A stretch of 29,733 bases of DNA from Oligoflexales bacterium (GCA_044236265.1 JBIIGV010000024.1:1-29733), one strand, 5' to 3'. Counted from the stretch's first letter, positions 9,013 to 19,160 are shown. Translations and numbers: made by a program. The notes: a model not told the origin generated them from the letters alone.

Positions 9013-9654
9013 TTAAAGTGGGGCTCTTCCAAGAGCCTCCATCACACCACGCACCACAGACTCTGCTGCGAGAGCCGCCAATAAAATTCCCATGACACGA
9101 CCGATGACTTCACTTCCCGTATTCCCGAGGATCTTAATCAACCTGACTGAGCTGATTAGCGTCAACATAGTTAGGATCATAACTAATAACAACGCGCCAA
9201 TTTTACTTGCAAACATCATGGGAGACTCTAAGAGCCCCTGGGTCTGAACCATGGTCGCCAACATGGCACCCGGACCGGCAATATAAGGCAAAGCTACAGG
9301 AAACACTGCCAGGTCTCGGCCTCCGGTTTCTTCGTGGGCATGCCTAAGATCGTCCCCATGATTTTGAAACACCATCTGCAGACCCACGATAAACAAGATA
9401 ATGCCACCGGCGATCCTGAAGGAAGAAAATGAAATGCCCATGCTACGAAGCAGGAAGTTACCGAAAATCGCAAACCCCAAAAGCACCAGCGTTGCAATGA
9501 GCACGCCGCGTCGAACAAGATCCGATCTAGCCTCCGGCTTCATGCTTCGCGTCATCGCCGCCAATAACGGAACCGTCCCAATTGGGTCAATTGCAACCAG
9601 CAAAGTTATGAAGTCATTTATGAATACTTTACTCATCAACATCTCGCTTTTCAT
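9013..9654 (-). CDS. MarC family integral membrane protein
   Basis: IDPIG, FRIAGGIILF, VFPVALPYIAGPGA and RVMGILLAALA motifs; about 6 TM. Start could be 9636. Confidence 0.92.
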   Translation of the reverse strand: MKSEMLMSKVFINDFITLLVAIDPIGTVPLLAAMTRSMKPEARSDLVRRGVLIATLVLLGFAIFGNFLLRSMGISFSSFRIAGGIILFIVGLQMVFQNHGDDLRHAHEETGGRDLAVFPVALPYIAGPGAMLATMVQTQGLLESPMMFASKIGALLLVMILTMLTLISSVRLIKILGNTGSEVIGRVMGILLAALAAESVVRGVMEALGRAPL

Positions 9655-9734
9655 GCCTTAACAGGCTATCATCTTTTGCGAAATCGGGACATTACAAATG
9701 GTTGAGGCGGATACCCTCGAGGAGCCTTTTTGAT

Positions 9735-10787
9735 ATGAATGAGCTCGCCATCAATATTCAGAATTTGGAAAAAACCTATTCGACCTTCAAGAAAGACGCA
9801 GGGTTCTCCGGCGCTATCAAAAGCTTTTTTGTTCGTAAAACAATCCGTATTCCAGCCGTAAAGACCATGTCGTTTAGTATTGCTAAGGGCGAATTTATAG
9901 GATTGCTAGGACCCAATGGCGCAGGAAAAACGACCCTGCTTAAGATGATGACCGGGCTGATTCCACCGTCCTCTGGATCTGTTACGGCTTTTGGACAGTT
10001 CGACACGTCAACACGCCCCCCCGCCTATCTCCGCCGAATCGGCATGGTCATGGGTCAACGCAATCAGCTACACCCAGATCTTCCAGCCATTGACTCTTTT
10101 AAGTTGGCGCAAGCGATTTACGGCATTCCAGATGAACATTTTGAAAGAAGACTTAAGCAGTCACTCCATCTGTTTGAGATTGAAAGTAAGTTAAATATCC
10201 CGGTCCGAAAGCTATCTTTAGGCGAGCGGATGAAGATGGAACTTATTTTGGCAATCCTGCACGAGCCTGAACTTCTCTTTCTCGACGAGCCGACGATTGG
10301 ACTAGACTTCAATGCTGCAAAACAGATCCGCAATTTTCTGGCTGAAACTAATCGACAGTTTGGAATCACCATCATTTTAACCTCGCATTACATCAAAGAC
10401 ATCGAGGAACTCTGCAAACGCGTCATCTTGATTAATGAGGGAGAAGTCGTGTACGACGGTTCGTTAGCCGGATTGGATGTGCGAGTTCAAGGCGAGAGAT
10501 TATTCAATATTGAAACCGTTGACGAATCGAGTCACAGCAAAATCATGCAATGGATTGCTTCGTCTGAGGGACAAGTCAAGATCACTCAAGATGTCCCCTC
10601 AAATGAGGGAATCTCGTTTGCCGTCAACAGCCAAAAGGTTGGTGAGACCGTTAAGGAGATATTTCAACTTGTGGGTCCTCACGCGATTAGAGATATGACG
10701 ATCAATGAGCGCAGCCTAGAGGATGTTTTTGCCGAGATTTACAGCCGGCGGCCCGGGGTTACGTCCGTCTCAGAGGAGCGCGATTGA
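9735..10787 (+). CDS. ABC-2 type exporter ATP-binding protein
   Basis: Walker A GPNGAGKTT, signature LSLGERMK, Walker B LFLDEPT, H-loop TSH; likely start ATG 9735. Confidence 0.93.
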   Translation: MNELAINIQNLEKTYSTFKKDAGFSGAIKSFFVRKTIRIPAVKTMSFSIAKGEFIGLLGPNGAGKTTLLKMMTGLIPPSSGSVTAFGQFDTSTRPPAYLRRIGMVMGQRNQLHPDLPAIDSFKLAQAIYGIPDEHFERRLKQSLHLFEIESKLNIPVRKLSLGERMKMELILAILHEPELLFLDEPTIGLDFNAAKQIRNFLAETNRQFGITIILTSHYIKDIEELCKRVILINEGEVVYDGSLAGLDVRVQGERLFNIETVDESSHSKIMQWIASSEGQVKITQDVPSNEGISFAVNSQKVGETVKEIFQLVGPHAIRDMTINERSLEDVFAEIYSRRPGVTSVSEERD

Positions 10788-11656
10788 TGAGATCACACTC
10801 TCACCGAGACCCATGGGAGCTTTCAAGGTCTTCAGTTGCTTGGACGACCGTCGTCAACGCAAGCTGGCTTTACTTCACCCAATGTATCCAAGCAGCCTTA
10901 CTTTATCGAAGCTCTCTAGCCCTATTTGTAGTGACAGAGGCCTTTGCTTACGCTGGATTTATAGCATTTTGGTACAAAGCAGCCGCGAGTAACCCCAATC
11001 AAACATTTTACACACCGTTGGCTTTAGTTCTTTACTTCGCGTTGGCATCCTTTCATCACGGCATTCAACATCACACATCATCTCGTGACATTGGAAGCGA
11101 CATTAGGCTCGGCAAACTGTCTTATGCGATCATTCGACCTTTTCCTTATCTTCTGCAGGCCTTGTTACGGAGTATAGCCTTCACCATAACTTACGGAGTC
11201 CTGCTGCTGCCGCTTCTAGTCATCGCCGTTAAACTTGTTCCCGGGCTAAGCCAGGAGCTCGCAAAAGGATGGTCAATCATACCTTGGTGGCAATACCCAA
11301 TAGCCATTGTCATCGGAATCATGGCGAGCTGCCTTATTCGGATAGTGATCGGTTTACTTGCCTTTGATATGTCGCAAGTTTGGGGGCCCGACACCCTATT
11401 TATTGCATTGTATTATTCTGCAAGTGGCGTCATTTTTCCGATCGACCTTCTACCAGCAAAGTTACTGGCCGCCGCACAATGGACACCCATGTACTACATG
11501 GTTGGTTTCCCCGTTTTGACATTAATGGGCCGGATCTCAAGTGCAGAATTTAACGAACACGCAAGCCGCGGTTTAATCGTCTTGCTAGCGACATCCGCCG
11601 TCGTGGCAATTCTTTGGCGTCGCGGGATCAAGCGCTTCGAGGCAATTGGGATATGA
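10784..11656 (+). CDS. ABC-2 family transporter permease (DUF990/ABC2_membrane_6-like)
   Basis: About 6 TM; DIRLGKLSYAIIRP and SGVIFPIDLLP motifs; ATGA overlap with the ATPase gene. Confidence 0.85.
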   Translation: MMRSHSHRDPWELSRSSVAWTTVVNASWLYFTQCIQAALLYRSSLALFVVTEAFAYAGFIAFWYKAAASNPNQTFYTPLALVLYFALASFHHGIQHHTSSRDIGSDIRLGKLSYAIIRPFPYLLQALLRSIAFTITYGVLLLPLLVIAVKLVPGLSQELAKGWSIIPWWQYPIAIVIGIMASCLIRIVIGLLAFDMSQVWGPDTLFIALYYSASGVIFPIDLLPAKLLAAAQWTPMYYMVGFPVLTLMGRISSAEFNEHASRGLIVLLATSAVVAILWRRGIKRFEAIGI

Positions 11657-12465
11657 TGAAATTTTATCTCAAGCTACTTAAGCAACTTTTTTCTCTAAGT
11701 GCATCAAGCATGCTTGCTTACCGAAGTAACGTCGTCTTCTTTTTCTTGTTCGAATCATTTTTCCTTATGGCTAACATGGGAGGAATGTTCCTCGGAGTGA
11801 ACCTTGCGGGAGGACAGCTAGCAGGATGGACGCTCGATGAAGTCATGTTCATATCAAGTCTGTACAGCGTGGGGCACCAGCTCTTCGTTACTTTTTGTAT
11901 GGGTGGACTGTTCAGCACGGGCTGGTTTGTTTGGTCAGGGCGTATGGACTATGTTTTGCTCAAACCTCTGCATCCACTCTTGGCTTTGCATGCTGCTAGT
12001 GAGTTTGTCATCAGCAATATCCCCAATATCATCATCAATGGATGTCTGCTTATCGTATTTTTCTTGAAGTTATTAGCCAACGGCCTAACGGTCTCACTAC
12101 AGCAGGTCGGTGGCCTGGTTCTGTTTTTTTCTGCAGGGATGGCGGTTCGCTATGGTGTCGCACTTTTGGTAGTCACACCCGCCTTTTTTGCGGAGAAGTT
12201 AGCCGAAGGCGAAGATGCTTATTGGTCACTGCAATCGCTCGCAAAATACCCAACAGGAGTATTCCCACGAACCATGCAGTGGGTCTTTACGTTTGTTTTA
12301 CCGATAGCCACCATTGCAGCTGTACCGGCTGATGTGTTCTTCGGTAAAACATCCATAGCTTCAGGAGCGACCTATCTTGGAACAGCTGTGCTTTTTTCAT
12401 GGCTTACGGTAAAATTCTATGAGCTGGGAGCTCGTCGTTACCAGTCCGTCAACACCGGAGCCTGA
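11653..12465 (+). CDS. ABC-2 family transporter permease, second subunit
   Basis: About 6 TM; GRMDYVLLKP and KYPTGVFP..FTFVLP motifs; ATGA overlap at 11653-11656. Confidence 0.85.
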   Translation: MMKFYLKLLKQLFSLSASSMLAYRSNVVFFFLFESFFLMANMGGMFLGVNLAGGQLAGWTLDEVMFISSLYSVGHQLFVTFCMGGLFSTGWFVWSGRMDYVLLKPLHPLLALHAASEFVISNIPNIIINGCLLIVFFLKLLANGLTVSLQQVGGLVLFFSAGMAVRYGVALLVVTPAFFAEKLAEGEDAYWSLQSLAKYPTGVFPRTMQWVFTFVLPIATIAAVPADVFFGKTSIASGATYLGTAVLFSWLTVKFYELGARRYQSVNTGA

Positions 12466-12466
12466 A

Positions 12467-13759
12467 TTGAAAACCCCGCAAAAAACAGCATTTGAAGATG
12501 CCAAAATGGTTTTACAAACCCTTTTGGGTCAAGGTTTTCAGGCGATGTTTGCTGGAGGGTGCGTTCGGGACCGGCTGCTTGGTAGGATACCAAATGACTA
12601 CGACATCGCCTCGGCGGCAACTCCCGATCAGGCTAAAGCTGTATTTGAAAGCGCCGGATTTCGGGTAATTCCTACGGGCATTGAGCATGGAACAATAACT
12701 GTTGTATCGCCTTCTGGCCCTGTTGAGATCACGACCTTAAGAAAAGATGTTAAAACTGATGGTCGTCACGCCATTGTAGCTTTCGACAACGCTACCTTTG
12801 AAGATGATGCCCAACGCAGGGACTTCACGATAAACGCAATGTTCGAGGACATTCATGGCAAAATTCATGATTTCCACGGCGGCCAGCATGACCTTCGAAA
12901 TCATTACCTGCGGTTTGTCGGTGACCCAGTGAAACGGATTTGCGAAGACTATCTTCGAATTCTTCGGTTTTTTCGTTTCTGGTCCCGACTTAACTTCACG
13001 CCAGACAACCTCGCCTTGGAGGCCATAGGTACTGAGTGCCATGGATTAAGACATATATCCCAGGAACGCATTACATCGGAGCTTTGGGGAATATTTTCCG
13101 CACAATATTCAGCAGATCCTCTCAAAAAAATGGAAGAGCTTGCCGTGACAAAGCTCATACTGCCAGAGGCAATAACGCTCTCGCATAAGGTGCAACTCAT
13201 CCTTAGGGATGCCAACAACACTCCAGAAAATATTCGGCCTTGGATTGTGAGCAGCATTGTTACTGGAATTCTTGAAGACACAGCCCCTAAATCAGACGAC
13301 ATTGTAAAACTGGCGCGACGACTACGCATGAGTGAAAAACAGGCTCAGATATGGGGAAACATCTACCACGGCTGGCAACACTGCCTATCACTTCCGCGTG
13401 AACGGGCGTCAGCCTTGCTATTTGCCGAACGACTAGAGGCAAATGAACATCATCATAATTTGATCAATTTTTATGGGCCGATTTGGCAATTTCTTTCTCG
13501 CCACGAGGTAACCGGAAAAAAGGGTGAGCAATTTGGTTGGATCATTTCCACTGACCAAACCTTTCAAGAACAGCGTCGCATGCAACTACCGCTGAACGGA
13601 CATGACATCACTGAATTTAGGCCTGATTTGGACGGTAAAAAAATTGGCGAGGCCCTTGCTATCGCCCGCAGAGCCTTCCTTAATGGTCAATGGCATAGTC
13701 GTAACGATGGACTTCAATTTTTGAAAAACATCGAGGTCGACGACAGCCGTAACAGTTGA
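12467..13759 (+). CDS. cca: CCA tRNA nucleotidyltransferase (class II)
   Basis: GGCVRD, DYD, EITTLR, RRDFTINAM, EDYLRILR and ERITSE motifs; TGIEHGT where poly(A) polymerases have their GRRF-type signature. Start is TTG 12467 or ATG 12506. Confidence 0.85.
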   Translation: MKTPQKTAFEDAKMVLQTLLGQGFQAMFAGGCVRDRLLGRIPNDYDIASAATPDQAKAVFESAGFRVIPTGIEHGTITVVSPSGPVEITTLRKDVKTDGRHAIVAFDNATFEDDAQRRDFTINAMFEDIHGKIHDFHGGQHDLRNHYLRFVGDPVKRICEDYLRILRFFRFWSRLNFTPDNLALEAIGTECHGLRHISQERITSELWGIFSAQYSADPLKKMEELAVTKLILPEAITLSHKVQLILRDANNTPENIRPWIVSSIVTGILEDTAPKSDDIVKLARRLRMSEKQAQIWGNIYHGWQHCLSLPRERASALLFAERLEANEHHHNLINFYGPIWQFLSRHEVTGKKGEQFGWIISTDQTFQEQRRMQLPLNGHDITEFRPDLDGKKIGEALAIARRAFLNGQWHSRNDGLQFLKNIEVDDSRNS

Positions 13760-13919
13760 ATAACCTTTCTCATTGCTCGCTTATTTAAAAGCAGATTTAT
13801 CGGTTTAATCGATCGATGATTTAGAAATTATCTATTTTAGAAATATAGCCATCTTCCGTAACGTCATCTGTAGGCAATGGATTAAGCCTGCTGAATGTTC
13901 TAATTAGGAGGACCAAAAC

Positions 13920-15050
13920 ATGCGTTATATTTCGGTAGATGAACTTCGATCACTGATTGGACGCTCTGAGCCTTGTGTTAGCGTTTATGCACCGCTCACC
14001 GGAGATCGGGAAAAGGATCACAACACTTTACAAGACCTACTGAATCAGGCGACTGAAAGGGCGCGTGCAGCATTTCCAATGGTTTCGTTGCACTTTCGCG
14101 AAATCTCCGCATCTGAAGTGTTAAAAAACGTTGACCATGAAGGACAATGGAGTGGGATAGTTGTGTTTAAATCTCTATTAGACGAGCGATTCCATCCAAT
14201 AGAAGTATCGACAACGCCTCTCGTTGTAGTAAGCGATAGTTTTCATTTACGGCCGTTATTTAGCAAGCTTCAGACTAGTTTGGGTTACATCGCTATCCGG
14301 CTGGAGAGAGACCGGGTGCAAATGTTTCGTGGAAACAACGACGAAGTAAGCTTGGTGCGCCAATTTTTACAAGGAAAGCGTAGTCCCAACCTACTAAAAG
14401 ATGATCGGTTCAAAGAGCCGTTATCGGCGGGTGGAGAGAGGAGATACACCAACGCAGCGCGCCGTATGGCGCAGATGCAACTGGACAGAACAACTCTCAG
14501 ATTTTACCGCGAAGCAGACAAAGATATCCGACGCTCTATGGTTCGCGATGAGATACCAGTCATATTAGTTGGTGAGGATAGACTTATCAGCCTCTACAAA
14601 AGCGTTAACCGTCACCGCAGTGCTTTGATTGGTTCTGTGACGACTTCGGACGGCACCGTTCCCTCTGCAGAAGAGATTCAGAAGCGAGCCCTGGAACTCC
14701 TAGAAGATATTCATCGACGACAAGCTTTATTTGGAGCGGTTGAGTTTCGATACACGCGTGGGAAGGGTCGAGCCATCGACAATCTATCGCGAATCGCGGA
14801 AGCAGCTGCCCAGGGTCAGATAAAGTCTTTACTAATCCGCGCAGGGACAAACATTTGGGGTCGCGTGTTTCGCACGAGTGGTCGTGTGCAACTGGACACC
14901 CTGGGTGCGAATCCGATGGCCGATGACGTCCTGGATGATATTGGAGAAATGGTCTTGAAACATAAGGGACAAGTTTTTGTCCTGAAGTCTAACGAAATGC
15001 CAACCGCGGAGCCTGCGGCAGCCGTCCTGGTGCCGCGGACAGCCGTATGA
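13920..15050 (+). CDS. Bacterial archaeo-eukaryotic release factor homologue (baeRF3-like)
   Basis: AGGAGG RBS; PCVSVYAP, VVVSDSFHLRPL, PVILVG, AAAQGQIKSLLI, DVLDDIGEMVLKHKGQV and EMPT..AAAVL match the aeRF1-like baeRF layout. Confidence 0.75.
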   Translation: MRYISVDELRSLIGRSEPCVSVYAPLTGDREKDHNTLQDLLNQATERARAAFPMVSLHFREISASEVLKNVDHEGQWSGIVVFKSLLDERFHPIEVSTTPLVVVSDSFHLRPLFSKLQTSLGYIAIRLERDRVQMFRGNNDEVSLVRQFLQGKRSPNLLKDDRFKEPLSAGGERRYTNAARRMAQMQLDRTTLRFYREADKDIRRSMVRDEIPVILVGEDRLISLYKSVNRHRSALIGSVTTSDGTVPSAEEIQKRALELLEDIHRRQALFGAVEFRYTRGKGRAIDNLSRIAEAAAQGQIKSLLIRAGTNIWGRVFRTSGRVQLDTLGANPMADDVLDDIGEMVLKHKGQVFVLKSNEMPTAEPAAAVLVPRTAV

Positions 15051-15081
15051 CAAATACCCGCCTTCAGCAATCTCTCCAGTT

Positions 15082-15111
15082 AAGCCGCCAGCATCAGCTG
15101 GCGGCTTTTTC
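15082..15111 (+). terminator. Rho-independent terminator, possibly bidirectional
   Basis: AAGCCGCCAGC-atca-GCTGGCGGCTT continuing into a T run; between convergent stops at 15050 and 15149. Confidence 0.88.
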
Positions 15112-15148
15112 AATATCTATTGAGCGCCAAACAAAGGATCTATCTACT

Positions 15149-17143
15149 CTAAAAATAGTAACCATAGCTTAGGCCGCCACCTCTGAGCGAACGATCAATA
15201 TGCCCAAAAAGAGAGATTTCATGAGCATCGTAAAGGAGGGTTGTCCATTTCAACTCGAACTGACGTTCCCATTCCCCTACCTGATCCGACCTGTAAAAGT
15301 AAAAAGGTTTATACCAGACTCCCTTTAGGGACACCTTAGTGGTTGATGATGCATCAGCCAATGCTCCCAGCATGGCACCCGGAGCTCCCTGGGTCGTATT
15401 AGCACCCTTGCAGCTCACCGCCAGACGAACCAGCCCTAACGCGAAAAATCTAGCCGAATTAACTCGTGTCGAGGCTCCAACCCCTCCGCCCATGGAATGC
15501 TGATGACAGCTTCCTTCAGCATCATCAACACTAACGGGAACTGACGAAAGACTAAACGTCCACGATAAAGGTTTCTTAACACGTCCCAACGGAGGAATCG
15601 ATAATACTTCAAACGGAGTCGCCGAATGAAGACGCAGAGTCGATTTGCCATCTGTCATATTTTGACGGAATTTAAACTCGAGCATTTTTAGTTCAAGCTC
15701 CCGCGAATAACCATGAGAGGGCGTCGCCAAATCATGGAGCGTTGGCCTCCAGTCAAAATCAACTGCTCGGACTTGCTCTGATTTTACTTGATAAACCTCT
15801 GCGGAAACACCGACGCGCATAGACCAATGACCACGATCAGGGCGTTCATCATATGGAATCTTATCTATCGGCTTTGGTGGAACCAAAATAAGTGAGCGCG
15901 CCTTTAGAAGATCGAGTCGTCTCTGCTTTTGTTTCTCCGGAAGTTTATTACCAACAACATCTTCATCAAAATCAATATAATCAATGGCAGCATCAATAAC
16001 GGCGGCCTTCTCGTCATTATTTACGCCAGTCAATACATCATCAATGATGACAGAATTTTGCTGAATCAATTTCTTTAGTCGAGCAACTCCATCATCATCG
16101 AGATAAGACTCCCGCTGTATATATGTCGACAAGGCCGATGGACGATATTTTGGCGACTTCGTAAGCCCAGGTTGGGCTACAACCGCCCGCAGCGTGTCGG
16201 CAGGCGTTGCCATGACATTAAATGATTTGGCCAAATTCATGCCAGGATTTACGGTTTCGAGAACGAGCAGCAGGATATAGGAGCAGTTTTCATCGATATA
16301 CCAATAATCAATCTTAACTGGCCCGACTTCCCAAAGAGTCAGCATCAAATTTTTGACCTGCTGCACTGAGATATTTAGCGGATACTCCCACAAGTCACGG
16401 CTTTCGGCGTTGTTGTATTCCTGCACTTTTAAATAATAAGGCATCAAACTGAACGTACCAGCAAACTGTCCGGTTAACCCCATAAGCGGGTAAAGCAGTG
16501 CATTGTCTGTTGTAGGATTAGCTGCAAAATTAACTGCGGAGTCCAACAATGCATTGGGCTCACCATCCCCTGGCCCCTTGCCGCGGTGTATCCTCAGAAA
16601 TGTATGCCCAAACATCGATGCGGGATTATTTATAAAGTAGGATGCGAACACAAGTGAGATACCCTGCGCCGATTGCTGCTGAAGAAAACGGTCCAGCTCC
16701 TTACAGGTGACTTTTGGAAGGAGTTCATTAGGGATCTGAAGATTTTCTACAATCCATGCAGACCGTCGCGGAAATCGACACAGCGCATGATCATCCGGCT
16801 TATCATTTATAACCGGAAGAAAAAGCGCGTCGATGGACGCATGTAGCTCAGAGTGAGGATTGGTTTTTCCATCTTTAGCGAAAAAAAACTCAGACGAGTC
16901 CACCACACTCGAGTTTCGGCCAGCCAAGCGAGTTACATATAAAAGTTGTGCGCGCCATGCTGGACTTCCGTGCAGCTCAATCTCATCAGCGCGCTTCTTC
17001 CATGTCTCAGCAGCTTGCAGCTGCTCAATCGCTATAGGAGCATTGGCTGCAGCAAAAAGCCCCGTTCCGCCCCCCCCACTCAGCATGCAAACCAAGAAGG
17101 CTTGCATGGTTAATTTGAGTGGAGATTTAGCGAAACGGAGCAT
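15149..17143 (-). CDS. DUF4105/Lnb_N-like domain protein with C-terminal putative outer-membrane beta-barrel (copy A)
   Basis: CRFPRR, NNPASMFGHTFLRI, YNNAESRDLWEY and YIDENCSY motifs; N-terminal signal peptide; alternating beta-strand C-terminus ending YGYYF. Confidence 0.85.
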   Translation of the reverse strand: MLRFAKSPLKLTMQAFLVCMLSGGGGTGLFAAANAPIAIEQLQAAETWKKRADEIELHGSPAWRAQLLYVTRLAGRNSSVVDSSEFFFAKDGKTNPHSELHASIDALFLPVINDKPDDHALCRFPRRSAWIVENLQIPNELLPKVTCKELDRFLQQQSAQGISLVFASYFINNPASMFGHTFLRIHRGKGPGDGEPNALLDSAVNFAANPTTDNALLYPLMGLTGQFAGTFSLMPYYLKVQEYNNAESRDLWEYPLNISVQQVKNLMLTLWEVGPVKIDYWYIDENCSYILLLVLETVNPGMNLAKSFNVMATPADTLRAVVAQPGLTKSPKYRPSALSTYIQRESYLDDDGVARLKKLIQQNSVIIDDVLTGVNNDEKAAVIDAAIDYIDFDEDVVGNKLPEKQKQRRLDLLKARSLILVPPKPIDKIPYDERPDRGHWSMRVGVSAEVYQVKSEQVRAVDFDWRPTLHDLATPSHGYSRELELKMLEFKFRQNMTDGKSTLRLHSATPFEVLSIPPLGRVKKPLSWTFSLSSVPVSVDDAEGSCHQHSMGGGVGASTRVNSARFFALGLVRLAVSCKGANTTQGAPGAMLGALADASSTTKVSLKGVWYKPFYFYRSDQVGEWERQFELKWTTLLYDAHEISLFGHIDRSLRGGGLSYGYYF

Positions 17144-17173
17144 CAGATACTTAACTACCGAAACATCAAAGCA

Positions 17174-17770
17174 TTAATTGTAGAGACGTACGCAGTTCTT
17201 GCTTAGATTCTCGTCACCTTTGATGACTTCCATATAACCCGATACGACAGCATCAGAGTTTTGCTCGGTGAAAAGGCTAGCATACTTTTGTTGGCTCAGC
17301 GCCTGGAATGCTGCCAAGTCACTGTCATTTTCTGCGCAACCAAGAATATCTGCAAACGCTTCGAGGACTTCGCCCTCGCCTTGGGACGCTTCTTTTGACA
17401 GCTGAGCATAGTTCATCTCGACGAATACTTTGCGCTCTTGAGCCGACGCTTCACCACCAGGTCCATCCTTACAGTTGGATGTACCAGTTGTGATTCCAAA
17501 AGTCTGACTGTAGGAGCAACCATTGGTCGTTGCAGCAAAAGCCTGCATAAATCCTGGCTTAGAGCCAATAACAATAGATCCAAGGCCGCAACCAGCTGGG
17601 CCGTACGCTGGCACATAGCCGCCGCCCGACGTATCGGATGTTTCACCAGAAGCATCTTTTTTCTTCTTCTTTGTTTTCTTTTTTGCTTCTTGCGCCATAA
17701 CTGACTCAGCAAAAACTCCAGAAAGCGCCAAGCTCAAAACACCTAGGGACAAATATTTGATTACTTTCAT
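17174..17770 (-). CDS. DUF3015 family secreted protein (cassette A, second gene; Lys-rich linker)
   Basis: Signal peptide VMA|Q; YGPAGCGLGS...AATTNG...QTFGITTGTSNC, then ASQGEGE and LGC. Confidence 0.85.
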   Translation of the reverse strand: MKVIKYLSLGVLSLALSGVFAESVMAQEAKKKTKKKKKDASGETSDTSGGGYVPAYGPAGCGLGSIVIGSKPGFMQAFAATTNGCSYSQTFGITTGTSNCKDGPGGEASAQERKVFVEMNYAQLSKEASQGEGEVLEAFADILGCAENDSDLAAFQALSQQKYASLFTEQNSDAVVSGYMEVIKGDENLSKNCVRLYN

Positions 17771-17809
17771 CTTATAATTTCCTTCTTAATAGGCTTTGAT
17801 TGTCAAAGA

Positions 17810-18307
17810 TCAGATTGCAACAAACGTGCAGCCAGTTGCTGTTGCCGGCACAGAGCGAAGCTCCGTCTTAACCGACTCAAGTACGGCATAAGCACCGGGA
17901 GCTGCGAAAATCTTCGCGTGTGATTTTTGAAGTTGAGCGTGCGCGGCTCCAGTAACATCTGCAGAACAACCCAAGGTTTCTGTAAATGCAGATAGGGTTT
18001 CGCCTTGGCCACGCGCCATATCCTTAGATAATGGTGCTAGGTTGTTTGCAATAAAATCCTGTTGACCCTGTAAAGCGGCTGCTTCAGCCGAAGAACCCGC
18101 ACAATTGGACGTGCCGGTTGTGATGCCAAACGTCTGATTACCGCTGGTACCGTTCAATGTTGCAGCAACAACCTGAATAATTCCCTTTTGTTTTCCGAAT
18201 ACGATAGAACCCAAACCGCAGCCTGCCATGCCGTAGCCTGCAGCACTCGCGACCTGTGCACTTACTGCAAACCCAGTCACCATCAACCCTAGAATTACTC
18301 GTTTCAT
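17810..18307 (-). CDS. DUF3015 family secreted protein (cassette A, first gene)
   Basis: Start MKRVILG (18307) after a GGAGAGG RBS; signal peptide ASA|A; YGMAGCGLGS...AATLNG...QTFGITTGTSNC, MARGQGE, LGC. Confidence 0.88.
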   Translation of the reverse strand: MKRVILGLMVTGFAVSAQVASAAGYGMAGCGLGSIVFGKQKGIIQVVAATLNGTSGNQTFGITTGTSNCAGSSAEAAALQGQQDFIANNLAPLSKDMARGQGETLSAFTETLGCSADVTGAAHAQLQKSHAKIFAAPGAYAVLESVKTELRSVPATATGCTFVAI

Positions 18308-18393
18308 GAGCCCCTCTCCATTTGAGTCCAAAAAGACATCGTTCAAGTTACAGGAACAAAAGCCGCTACTTTAGACACTGAATTTATGACACT

Positions 18394-18423
18394 ATTGTAT
18401 CCGACTTTTCTGGAACTAGGCAA
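18394..18423 (-). promoter_or_regulatory. Putative sigma-70 promoter for cassette A
   Basis: Minus strand TTGCCT-N18-TACAAT with an AT-rich tract immediately upstream; about 87 bp before ATG 18307. Confidence 0.45.
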
Positions 18424-18515
18424 TAGAATTGAAATAAATTGGTAACTTAGCCCCCAAGGCCTGCTGCGCATTGGGTTGCTGATCTCGATGATCATTGGTC
18501 CACAAGGAGCGTCGC

Positions 18516-19157
18516 ATGACCGAAGCTGGGAAGACAAGTTTAACAGCAATTGTTGCCGGTGCAACAGGCCTTGTTGGGCAAGAAATTGTACGTCAGCTCT
18601 CTGCAAGTCCACGTTATAGCAAGATCATCATACTCGTCCGCCGTGATACCAACTTAACAGCACTACCAAAAGTGGTGGCCCAACCGTTCCCGGGTAGCGA
18701 TGAAATACTTAAAGCCGACGAGGTTTATTGCTGCCTCGGCACGACCATCAAAAAGGCGGGAAGTCGGGAAGCATTCCGTCACGTCGACTATGAACTGGTC
18801 ATGCAACTGGCTCGCTGCGCAAAAAAGGGAAGCGTACCCAGGATGGCTGTCATTACTGCTATCGGCACGAGTTTATCATCACCTTTCTTTTACTCTCGAG
18901 TGAAGGCGGAAGTTGAGAGAGACCTCAAAGCAATGGCGTTTCCTCAGCTAGACATTTATCAGCCATCTTTACTTTTAGGAGACCGAACGGAGTTTCGCCT
19001 TGGCGAAAAAATCGGAGAGCTATTTGCAAAAGCTCTCGACCCACTTTTGATCGGCAGTTTTCGAATGTATGCTGCCATCGAAGCTCGAGAGCTCGCCAAA
19101 CATATGATTGAGCAAACCAACTCGCCTCGCCTTTCTTTCTTTGAGGCTAAAGCTTGA
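18516..19157 (+). CDS. NAD(P)-binding oxidoreductase, atypical SDR (YraR/TIP30-like)
   Basis: AAGGAG RBS; GATGLVG Rossmann motif, CCLGTTIKKAGS, VDYEL, FYSRVK, QPSLLLG. Confidence 0.9.
   Translation: MTEAGKTSLTAIVAGATGLVGQEIVRQLSASPRYSKIIILVRRDTNLTALPKVVAQPFPGSDEILKADEVYCCLGTTIKKAGSREAFRHVDYELVMQLARCAKKGSVPRMAVITAIGTSLSSPFFYSRVKAEVERDLKAMAFPQLDIYQPSLLLGDRTEFRLGEKIGELFAKALDPLLIGSFRMYAAIEARELAKHMIEQTNSPRLSFFEAKA
19032..19157 (+). repeat. Direct repeat copy 1 (last 42 codons of the oxidoreductase gene)
   Basis: Aligns without gaps to 22586-22711 (offset 3554); 106/126 identical by hand count; 52-bp perfect core at 19065-19116. Confidence 0.95.
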
Positions 19158-19160
19158 ATT

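Noticed and set aside
12467..13759. Poly(A) polymerase PcnB rather than a CCA-adding enzyme
   Set aside because: Lacks the PAP-specific [LV][VI]G[RK][RK]F signature and has TGIEHGT there; EDxxR and ERxxxE are intact.
17656..17690. T-rich low-complexity tract as a terminator or phase-variable repeat
   Set aside because: It is the coding sequence of the poly-Lys linker (mixed AAA/AAG codons) with no hairpin, and the frame is intact.
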